DNA of 62,342 nt. Source: Macrostomum lignano. Taxonomy: Eukaryota. Of the stretch, positions 47,301 through 57,500 are shown piece by piece. Numbering within the stretch: position 1 is the stretch's first letter; each line of letters begins with the position of its first letter. The position numbers and the translations under genes were made by a program. The stretch is from assembly GCA_002269645.1 (NCBI GenBank), contig NIVC01000488.1:1-62342 (forward strand), given 5' to 3'. The notes below the pieces were generated by a model, which had not been told where the DNA came from, made no database searches, and worked only from the letters and a program-made list of their open reading frames with translations.

Positions 47301-48540
47301 TGTCTTATACACCAAATTATGCCGAATTGAATACACTCCATGGTCAGGAAGGTGCAGCGTGTGCGCCGGAATAACATCCATCAAAATTTTTGTGCGCCGC
47401 GTGCGCCGAGAAAAAAAAAATTACTTTTGCGCCATGCGCCGAGAAAAATACACTTGAAAAAGCACCATCAAGTATTAAGTATCTAAATTGAATCAATATC
47501 AATGGAAGTTCAAGCAGTTCAATCATGGCTTCTATTTGCAAAATATAAGCAAAAAGATGCAACAAAAGCTGCGAAAGGCGCAAATTTGTTAAGTTTGTTA
47601 AGTCAATTAATGAAATTTGAAATAGAAACAACATAGGAAATAACGACTATCATATCGACTATCATTTATTTTATTGATTGATTGACATTTAATATACGTT
47701 TTTTTATTATTCATTATTATATTGTCACGTACACTGACGTACCTTGTGCGCCATGCGCCGAGCCATGCACCGATGCACCGAGCCATGCGCCGATGCACCA
47801 AGCCTATGCACGCGGCGCAGTGAAGTGTGCGCCGTGCGCCGGCAAATTGCTGATTTGCGTTAGAAAATTTCGAGGATTCTACCGTCTTCCTGGCTGTGGA
47901 ATACACTGCTTTGTTTACACTTAAAAGTAATACAAGAAAATATTAATCAGTATACAAGAAAAGGTCTTAAAAATCTAGAATATTCATCATGAAAAAAATA
48001 AGATATTTGTGTTAGCAATTTAACCGGACAAATAGCAGAGGCTATTCGTCTGGTCACCGGACAAATAACAACTTCCTTTTTTAATGATCATTGATACGCC
48101 CTGTGCAAATAGAGAACATAATATAATATAAATAAAGTAATGAAATTTATAATATACTAATAAAGGTGACCTGCATGTCAAAGTTTTCTAGCATGCATGC
48201 ATTTGCTATAGCCTCAGCTTACTTTGTCTGGCCCTGGTGTAGGCCCATAGATAAAGTAGGCCTAGCGCCTAGGCCTATAAAAAGCTGCTTTTTGACAAAA
48301 AAAATTTCCTAGGCCTATGGCTATGTAACAGGGTTTTTTTCTGTGTGCCTAGGCCTAGAGTAATATATATTTATGTCATTGGCATTGGCATCAATGTTTC
48401 CCCATGTCTATAATTATATGGCCACACCATGTTGGCATGTTGCCCCAAGCCCAACTCATGTATTGATTTGAAAACACACCCACCTTAGCTGTCGCAGCCA
48501 TAGTTGAATCTCGTGCGATTGATGGTTTGCTGTCGGCCAT
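35341..48540 (-). CDS. Small Lys/Arg-rich protein (113 aa) with three R-x-x-T-[MV]-x-x-[TV]-A-x-[EQ]-[AG]-K-x-x-L motifs; 3 exons, 12.8-kb first intron
   Basis: Exons 48540-48484 (MADSKPSIARDSTMAATAK), 35700-35560 (QAKQILG...KRSSTVQKVADEAKAYLGH) and 35484-35341 (DVGTSGERKLRTRK...KRAGTMKATAKEGKAFLKGKK*). All junctions are phase 0 GT-AG, and the exon 1-2 join completes the first motif copy. Confidence 0.75.
38104..39483 (+). pseudogene. Decayed NOF/FB-like (Mutator superfamily) transposase with Ulp1 (C48) protease, 5' part
   Basis: FLCTNHVIATVC*TL (CxxH-like), NYFRSIKYDVLHGRK, EDVWYPQKKTKY, IQIINAYLE, and exon ARYFFFPIWQENPPHFVCLVVDTEKKQT from 39399 containing the Ulp1 catalytic His. Several in-frame TGA stops. 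The NOF assignment is from recalled motif style. Confidence 0.55.
39484..44192 (+). mobile_element. Full-length hAT DNA transposon (4709 bp)
   Basis: TIRs CACTAGCGCAACTAGG / CCTGGTTGCGCCACTG (13 of 16 match), G-run subterminal regions, perfect 8-bp TSD GCAGACAA (39476-39483 and 44193-44200), and an internal transposase gene. Confidence 0.93.
40327..43711 (+). CDS. hAT transposase (ZMYM1/THAP12-PRKRIR-like; TTF zinc finger, DDE, hATC dimerisation domain) with a premature stop at 43589-43591
   Basis: Exons 40327-40844, 41029-41281, 41598-41829 and 41943-43711. LFCRIC..HEKMQYH, LALRGH, LADETTD, FDGASAM, IHCAAHCLNL, TRWVERH and TGERSF are present. The conserved STMGEE(R)LNGLALMFIH reads STMGEE*LNGLALMFIH. 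Confidence 0.9.
44193..44520 (+). pseudogene. Ulp1 (C48) protease remnant, 3' part of the element interrupted by the hAT
   Basis: Removing the hAT and one TSD restores VVDTEKKQT-TFLDPLGG (Asp); downstream QTDGYNCSVIFCLYAKC carries the Gln and Cys (44435-44437). Confidence 0.7.
46290..46615. repeat. Diverged tandem duplication (about 190-bp period)
   Basis: GTTGGATACATGAATCTTGCAGAAATTGCACA.AAATGTAGATT occurs near 46315 and 46506. Confidence 0.85.
47063..48073. mobile_element. Foldback/MITE-like element with long diverged inverted arms
   Basis: 47063-47280 aligns with the reverse complement of 47940-48073; repeated ATTTGTCCRG / CCGGACAAATA motifs; no TSD seen. Confidence 0.65.
47337..47900. 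mobile_element. 564-bp MITE nested in the foldback element, 6-bp TSD
   Basis: Imperfect TIRs TCCATGGTCAGGAAG / CTTCCTGGCTGTGGA, ATACAC on both flanks (47331-47336 and 47901-47906), and TGCGCCG subterminal repeats at both ends. Confidence 0.7.
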
Positions 48541-50149
48541 TTTATAACTTTTACTGAAGATAGACTTAAAAATTTTAACTAAGAATAAGATATAAAATAA
48601 GCCACACGATACTTGTTTGATCGGATGGATCGTGGTCGTCGCGAGGCGCGATCGCGTTTTAAACAATGATAATTCGGAATTTTGTAATGTAATTTTAGAG
48701 TGAAATTATTTCTTTTACACGATTTAAATTTCATATAGTAAAAAATAAGAAAACATAATGTTGATACTTATACCTAGTTGTGCATAAACATTTAAAATAA
48801 ATAAAAAACTTTGTTTTACATACGTATATTTCAATATTAGCATATTTCAATATTCTTGAAACTGCACACATCGAAGTCGAGTCGGCATGATGTGCAATTG
48901 TAAGTGCAATTATTACTAAACTCGTTTCTCGAGAAGCTGCAATAAACTAATCAAGTGAACTATACGTTTACTATAATACCCTCTAATTTCTTTTTCTATG
49001 GAAAAGAAAGTCCCGATATGGTGCATTTATCTTGCCGAGGCAATTCCGAGGCTACGTACAGTAGTATACATTTTAACCTATACATGTTAAACAATGATGC
49101 GCTAGGAACGGAACTAAGCAAAAGTTTTTTACACAGTGTCAGTAATCTGGCAGTGACATCTATTTAGTCAACCCGGATCGTTAGACTGGTAACTGGACAA
49201 ATTATTCCAACTGCAGCAGCAATTTGGATCAACAATTATACTGTACGTGGCATCTGCACCACTCTGGTCACCACAGGCTTAACAGCTGGGCCCCCACATC
49301 CTACGTACTATACTAAAAATTCCAAACTAAATCCAAAAAAGCCCCTAGCATGGTTGTCCTGCTGGCTCAGATCAGGCGCGGTGGGCAACAACCGCGGAGG
49401 CCGCGGATCACTGTCCCCCGCTGCTATCTAGCGATATACTAGCTGCTATAAAAGTTATGCTGCTCCGTAGATCCACCCTCGAACAGCTACGCCAGTGCAT
49501 GCATGCTATCTAGTAGGAGGCCTGGGTGTTAGGGGCAAACCTCTCGACGCACGCTCTCTACAGTAGAGAGTCCATGGTAGAGCTTGCCGCACAACTACAT
49601 GTATGATCGTGCTCCACACTCTACACTGTGCCCGTATACTTCTTATGCTGGGCCGGGGTTGGCCTTCCAAAAATTGCGGGCCTTTACAAAACTGTCGCTT
49701 ATTCCACACGACCTCTCAGCTCTAAGACTCGAGGAGTTGCAGTGGCGGGGCTCAACATCGTCACAGACTAAATCCTCACGGAATAGAGGCATTGTCTCTC
49801 GGGCTTCGGAGAATTCACACGTCCTCATCAAGGAAGAAGCGGTGTGGAGCTACCCCCAGCACACTGCACTCAACTCCCAGTGTTTTCTCAGAGCTAGGTG
49901 CTTGCCATTAGGATCCTGTGTGGCAGAGCTGCGCAGAAGGCGGCTCAGCGGTCGTAATTAAATTTTTTTACTTTAACCGCCATGCAACTGCAGACGTCCC
50001 CTAGCTTCTGTAGAACGACAAAAGCTCCAAAATCTGCTCTGGCCTGCAACGCCCAGCTCAATGGGCTCGCGCTGCTAGGCTCAGGTAGAGCGCAAGTGGA
50101 TCCCGGGCACCAGACCCGCTGGCCAAGGCTGACTCCGTCGGTGTGCTTC

Positions 50150-50460
50150 TGGGGCGGCATATGGGCACCGACAGGCACGGATCGCCACCGGGGGGACAGA
50201 GGGGACATACCTCCCCCGCCAGTAAAAGCTATGGGGGATATGCGAATGCTTTGTCCCCCCACCCCACCTTGTGACCCGTTAGTAATCAATAATTTTTCTT
50301 CCAAAAAATGAGTACCTGTGGGCGCTAAAAGGAATGCCTACGGCGCCAAAATGAGTGCCTGCGGCGCTAAAAGGAATGCCTACGGCGCCAAAATGAGTGC
50401 CTGCGGCGCTAAAATGAGTGCCTGCGGCGCCAAAATGAGTGCCTGCGGCGTCAAAATGAG
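50150..50460 (+). mobile_element. hAT-style left-end remnant followed by a 21-bp GGCGCCAAAATGAGT subterminal array
   Basis: GGGGCGGCATATGGG...GGGGGACAGAGGGGACATACCTCCCCC pattern, then tandem GCCTGCGGCGCCAAAATGAGT units. Confidence 0.35.
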
Positions 50461-50559
50461 CGCAAGGACCACTAGAAGTAACTTCTGACAACACGATTCT
50501 CAAAAAATGGAAATGTAGGAATCTAGTCATATATCACAATTTAGTCAAAGCCAACATGT

Positions 50560-51000
50560 TGAATTCTTGGCTTCGTCCCCAAGGACGCCCCCAAGTGATG
50601 CCCCTCGGCACCGATCACCCGTCTCGGTGATCAACTCCCCGGCCGCGTTAGACACTGGTCTGACTCTCCGAGCATCTCTACGGATGTGGCACGACACTCG
50701 GAATTGCATGCAATGCCTACTGCCGTCACCTGTCCCTCCCCCCTCCTGCGGAGAGCCAGCTCCTTAGGCTCAATTGCAGGGACCTTAGAACAGTCCGCAT
50801 GGCCCTGTCTCCGGGCATGGCTGCTTCTCTCGTCACCATTTCCTTCAGGCCCAGTTACCTGAGGAGCGAATGGCCTTTCTGTTGCTCAGGCATTGAAAGC
50901 GATGAGCACTTTATCTTCCACTGCTAGAGGCCAGGCTCACTCACCTCGGGCCAACCCTGGTTCTCTCCGACGTTTCAGGCCCGAGAGCCCGGTAGCTCAG
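50560..51000 (+). pseudogene. Degenerate non-LTR retrotransposon ORF2 C-terminus (CCHC knuckle)
   Basis: Plus-strand frame ...RDLRTVRMALSPG...SE(W)PFCCSGIESDEHFIFHC* matches the C-x2-C-x-E[ST]xxHFxxxC motif at the end of LINE RT ORFs. 49500-49950 may be an upstream piece of the same element. Confidence 0.45.
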
Positions 51001-51556
51001 GAGTCAAGGGATATACGGGACGATCTGAGTTCTTCCCCACCGCTGGTGAGGAGGACTGCACTGCGCGGGCGAGATCCCGACGGGTCCCCCACCTGAGGAA
51101 CATCGCTTCGAAGAAAGCCGTAAGTCGCCAGGGGCTAGCGGAATGGGCGGTCTCCTCCGCCTCCTCGCTACCATCCGCCGGTCGATGCCCACTGCAGCTA
51201 CATGTAGTCCAGTAAATAAAAACTTGCATTTTCGATACGCATGTTTTTAGTGCAATCCGCAAAAAAGCACAAGAATTTATTAGAGTTTTTTTTATTTAGC
51301 TCTCATATATTGCTCCGATTTTGTACTGTAATAAAATGCATGCAGTAAGCGCAAAATTTTGCCCTGAAATGCGTTCTAAAGCATGCATGTACTCGTACAA
51401 AGTTTAAAGGTCACACGTGAATTTACTTGCAATTTTAGTGCAATATACGCTTTTCGAGCTACCGGTATATGCAGTAATAAATGTATCGATCTGTAGTTTT
51501 TGTTCAGAAAATAAAATATGGCGACTAACGTACTAATTCACCCATTGATCAACTAA

Positions 51557-54500
51557 TCAATTATAGTCTTCATCTTCGGAGCTGCTGGTCAGTAACTCGA
51601 CCACAGCTCGTCTGCGCAGTGCGCTCGATTGTTGCTCCTGGGCCCGGCGGGAGGCCTTCTTCTGTTGCTCCTCCCAGCGCCGTTGAGCCGCCTCCTGCCA
51701 TTCGCGCTCTCTGAATGCGTCCTGCGATGGCGGGTCAGCGAGGGTTGGGGTAGCAGAGGGTGTCTGTTGGATGAGGCTGGGGTTAGGTGTAGCAGAGGGT
51801 GTCTGTTGGATGAGGCTGGGGTTAGGTGTAGCAGAGGGTGTCTATTGGATGAGGCTGGGGTTGGAGGTAGCAGAGGGTGTCTGTTGGATGAGGCTGGGGG
51901 TAGGTGTAGCAGAGGGTGTCTGTTGGATGAGGCTGGGGTTAGGTGTAGCAGAGGGTGTCTATTAGATGAGGCTGGGGTTAGGTGTAGCAGAGGGTGTCTG
52001 TTGGATGAGGCTGGGGTTAGGTGTAGCAGAGGGTGTCTATTGGATGAGACTGGGGTTGGGTGTAGCAGAGGGTGTCTATTGGATGAGGCTGGGGTTAGGT
52101 GTAGCAGAGGGTGTCTGTTGGATGAGGCTGGGGTTAGGTGTAGCAGAGGGTGTCTGTTGGATGAGGCTGGGGTTGGAGGTAGCAGAGGCAGTCTGTTGGA
52201 TGAGGCTGGGGGTAGCAGAGGGTGTCTATTGGATGAGGCTGGGGTTAGGTGTAGCAGAGGGTGTCTATTGGATGAGGCTGGGGTTAGGTGTAGCAGAGGG
52301 TGTCTATTGGATGAGGCTGGGGTTAGGTGTAGCAGAGGGTGTCTGTTGGATGAGGCTGGGGTTGGGGGTAGCAGAGGGGTCTATTGGATGAGGCTGGGGT
52401 TGGAGGTAGCAGAGGGTGTCTATTGGATGAGGCTGGGGTTAGGTGTAGCAGAGGGTGTCTGTTGGATGAGGCTGGGGTTAGGTGCAGCAGAGGGTGTCTG
52501 TTGGATGAGGCTGGGGTTATGGACAGCAGAGGACATCGGACAGCAGTCCAGAACCTAGTTACAACCATAGTTACCTCCTCTTTCCTCCTGTGCACCAGGA
52601 ACGCCACCTGAGACAGCAGGGTGTCCATTTTGGCTTCATCTTTAGCATCTTCGGCAGCTTGCAGGGTGAGCGACCGGTTCATTGGGAAGAAGTCCAGACG
52701 GTCTTTTTTGTACTGTTTGATAAAGGTGGACATTTAATTAAATGGGAAGAAGAATGAAGACAAATTCAAAGCCTATATTAATGTATGTTCAACGGTGGGT
52801 TTTCAGATCTTTACAGTATTGATTAGCCATATATACATGTAGTACAAAAGGGGGTACTGATATCTTAGGCTATGGATAGCTGGCTTTCATGAGTAACATT
52901 GTGACTGTACAAGGTCAAAATCTACATCTTTTCAATTTTATTGCCTTTTTGAAGCCTCCCCAATGGGGGCGAAATTGCTAGTCCTATATACTAAAAATGA
53001 GTCAGTTACAATAGACACGGCTCTACTCACGAGCTTCCACACGTACAGCTCGATAGCTGTGTAGTCATTAAACCGAGTCTCGTTCAGGTGCAAAAAGAAA
53101 AACAAATAAGCCCACTGATTGTGCTCTTCCACAATGTGCTTCTTGAATCCCTGCAGAGACGTTTTGAGAGGTTTTTGTGCGATTGTAAAAATCAACTTCA
53201 ATCAATAACTCGAGTTTCTCCAGCACCGCTCCAATAACCAGAGCTATTGCAGTCACCCAAATATCAACCCGGATTTTTTAAGAGTCACTCCAATTACCTT
53301 GAAGTTTCCCGAGAGAGTCACTCCAATCACCCTGAAGTTTCCCAAGAGTCAACTCAATCACCTTGAAGTTGAGATTCACCCCAATTACCATGAAGTTTCC
53401 CAAGAGAGTCACTCTAATCACCCTGACGTTGAGATTCACTCCAATTACCATGAAGTTGAGATTCACTCCAACTACCATGAAGATGAGATTCACTCCAATC
53501 ACCCTGAAGTTTCCCAGGAGTCAACTCAATCACCCTGAAGTTTCCCAGGAGTCAACCCAATCACCCTGAAGTTTCCCAGGAGTCAACCCAATCACCCTGA
53601 AGTTTCCCAAGAGAGTCACTCCAATCACCATGAAGTTGAGATTCACTCCAACTACCATGAAGTTAAGATTCACTCCAATCACCCTGAAATTTGCCAATTA
53701 GAGTCACTCCAATCACCCTAAAATTTGCCAAGAGTCTCTCCAATCACCCTGAAGTTTCCCCAAAAGTCACTCCAATCACCCTGAAGTCTCCCCAAAAGTC
53801 ACTCCAATCACCCTGAAGTTTCCCCAAAAGTCACTCCAATCACCGTGAAGTTTCCCCAAAAGTCACTCCAATCACCGTGAAGTTTCCCCAAAAGTCACTC
53901 CAATCACCCTGAAGTTTCCCCAAAGGCACTCCAATCACCGTGAAGTTTCCCCAAAAGTCACTCCAATCACCCTGAAGATTCCCAAAAGTTGCGTTGCTCC
54001 AGCGGCACTCCAATGTCAGAATGAGAAATTGTAAGTGTGGGCCTCTGTACATTGTACTGTACATCCGTAAATGCTATAAAAAACTCACTTACCCCGCCAT
54101 AGTGCTCAAAATCGTAAGAATTCTTCGAGCAGATGAAGCACACTGAGCTCATGTCTTTGTCGATCCGCCATTTGGCATCTCGCAATTCGCTGAAAGTGTC
54201 CACAATAATGCCGAAGACGATGTTCAGCCCAATTGTGGTGATGATGATGAAAAATGAAATATCGAACGCAGTTTTAGCCAGATGGTAGTTGAAGCTGCGG
54301 TTTCTGGGCACGTCGAAGTACTGAAGTTTTTGCAAGGGTACGTCGCCGGTAATTTACTGACGGCTTATATACTACGAGCTATATAGCTACGAAGTATATA
54401 ATGGCTTTTCAATGCCATTGAAAATCTTCAGATAGCAAAATTGAAATTTAGCTGAAAACACTTCTCGATCTATATTAAATACACAAACGAAGACGCAAAA

Positions 54501-57500
54501 ACATTAATTTTAAAACAGTAAAACAAAAGTGAAGAATATTAACAAAATTATGCTAATTAAGCTCGATGTTTTAATTACCTCACAGTAAATTTTTAAAAAA
54601 ATAAAAAAGCAGTAAAACAAAAAGTAAATTTTAAAACAGTTGAAAACTTTAAAACCAAGAGTTCATATATAATCTTAACAAAATGATACGCTAATCTCGA
54701 AATTTAGATTACCTCCACTTCCTACAAATAAAAATGTGCGAAATATTTTAATTGCTATCAGCCAATTAAATACTTCAAAAAATAATTATCAATCTAAGAT
54801 ACGCGAAACTTACATCGTACATTCCGAATATTAGACCTCTGCGAATCACCGTAATAGTGCACTGGAACATGTCGCTGCAGTAGTTGCCTTTCTCTTCGTC
54901 GAATATTTCTCTATAGTAGGCGAAACAGATCAGAGCGTAGATGTAGAATATGGCCAACGAGTAGATCATGACCCACACCAAGGACAAGCCTGCGGAGTGG
55001 AGCGTGAGGAGAGGCGATTGAGTGACCAATAATGATCACTCATTTGAGTGATTAATCAGGAAAAGCTACAGAGTGACCAACCACACAAACTACAGAGTGA
55101 CCAACCACCCAAACTTCAGAGTGACCACAGAGTGACGAATCACCCAAACTACTGAGTGACCACAGAGTGACCAATGACCCAAACTACAGAGTGACCAACC
55201 ACACAAACTACAGAGTGATCAATCACCCAAACTTCAGAGTGACCACAGAGTGACGAATCACCCAAACTACTGAGTGACCACAGAGTGACCAATGACCCAA
55301 ACTACAGAGTGACCAATCACTCAAACTACAGAGTGACCAATCACTCAAACTACAGAGTGACCAATCACCCAAACTACAGAGTGACCGCAGAGTGACGAAT
55401 CACTCAAACTACAGAGTGACCAATAACTCAAACTACAGAGTGACCAATCACTCAAACTACAGAGTGACCAATCACTCAAACTAAAGAGTGACCAATCAAT
55501 CAAACTACAGAGTGACCACAGAGTGACAAATCACTCAAACTACAGACTGACCAATCACCCAAACTACAGAGTGACCACAGAGTGACGAATCACCCAAAGT
55601 ACTGAGTGACCACAGAGTGACCAATCACCCAAACTACAGAGTGACCAATCACCCAAACTACAGAGTGACCAATCACCCAAACTACAAAGTGACCACAGAG
55701 TGACCAATCACCCAAACTACAGAGTGACCAATCACCCAAACTACAGAGTGACCACAGAGTGACCAATCACCCAAACTACAGAGTGACCAACCACCCAGCT
55801 CACCATTTCTCGTGACAGCCTGGAAGACTCGCTTGAGCATCTGGTTGTGGTTGGCGATATGCAGCAAGTGAAAGGCGAAGAAGTAGCCGTGCAGCGGGGT
55901 GCCCAGCAGCGAGAAGGCCAGGAACATGATGTAATAAAAAGTTCCAAAGCTGAACACAGAAGTTTGCAAATTGCCTTGGATTTTGCTCAGCACAGCCACG
56001 GATGCCTTGGTCTCTATGCTGAGAATTCTGCTGTTTGTGCGGCCGGGAGAAATGTGGAGTGGGATTTTAGGATTGACTGCGAATTGAATTGTTGATTAAA
56101 GATGAGTTAAGAGGCGCCAAAATGAGTTAAGAGGCGACAAAAATGAGTTAAGAGGCGCCAAAATGAGTTAAGAGGCACCAAAATGAGTTAAGAGGCACCA
56201 AAATGAGTTAAGAGGCGACAAAAATGGGTTAAGAGGCGCCAAAATGAGTTAAGAGGCGCCAAAATGAGTCAGAGGCGCCAAAATAAGTCAAGAGGCGCCA
56301 AAATGAGTTAAGAGGCGACAAAAATGAGTTAAGAGGCGACAAAAATGAGTTAAGAGGCGCCAAGATGAGTTAAGAGGCGCCAAAATGAGTCAGAGGCGCC
56401 AAAATAAGTCAAGAGGCGCCAAAATGAGTTAAGAGGCACCAAAATGAGTTAAGAGGCACCAAAATGAGTTAAGAGGCGACAAAAATGAGTTAAGAGGCGC
56501 CAAAATGAGTTAAGAGGCGCCAAAATGAGTCAGAGGCGCCAAAATAAGTCAAGAGGCGCCAAAATGAGTTAAGAGGCGACAAAAATGAGTTAAGAGGCGC
56601 CAAAATGAGTTAAGAGGCGCCAAAATGAGTCAGAGGCGCCAAAATAAGTCAAGAGGCGCCAAAATGAGTTAAGAGGCACCAAAATGAGTTAAGAGGCGCC
56701 AAAATGAGTTAAGAGGCGCCAAAAAGAGTTAAGAGGCGCCTAAATGAGTTAAGAGGCACCAAAATGAGTTAAGAGGCGCCAAAATGAGTTAAGAGGCGCC
56801 TAAATGAGTTAAGAGGCGCCAAAATGAGTTAAGAGGCGCCAAAATGAGTTAAGAGGCGCCAAAATCAGTCAAGAGGCGCCAAAATGAGTTAAGAGGCGCC
56901 AAAATAAGTTAAGAGGCGCCAAAAATGAATTTAAAAGGCACCTAAAAAGAATTTAAAAGGCGCCAAAATGAATCAAGAGGCGCCAAAAATGAATTACGGG
57001 GGGCGAAATTCGAGCAATGGGGCGGCAAAAAAGTGCAAAATTATTGTGTAAATGTGAAAGCTACGTTAGCCATAAATTAGAAATCAAAGTACATTATTTT
57101 ATAACAACTTATAGGCATACTCCTGAGGAAATACATACAAATTAGCCAATAAGAAATAACTTTTTGCATAATCATGGCGTATTTTTTGTAAAAATTCCAC
57201 TCGCACTACTCACCACCAGTAGGCGTTGACTTTTTCTCGAGTTGGCACGTACGGCTTATTGCAGAGAAAATAGCTGATAAGCACAAACAGGCTGAATATG
57301 TTGTGCGCAATGCCCAGCACAAGCACCGCAGTGCTGTAGGGCTTCGGCCTGATGGGTATCGGGTTGCCCGCGTCGTTTGAAGCCTTCCACGTCGCTAGCA
57401 CGATGCAGCAGATGATGAGGCTGAGCAGGATGCAGGCCATGTTGAATGCCTTCCAGCCGTGCACGAAGAATGCGCCAACTCGACTGCTGAGCACTCGTTT

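Noticed and set aside
51629-52558. 309-aa ORF with CSRGCLLDEAG repeats
   Set aside because: Antisense reading of the last ITPR exon plus its intronic 39-bp array.
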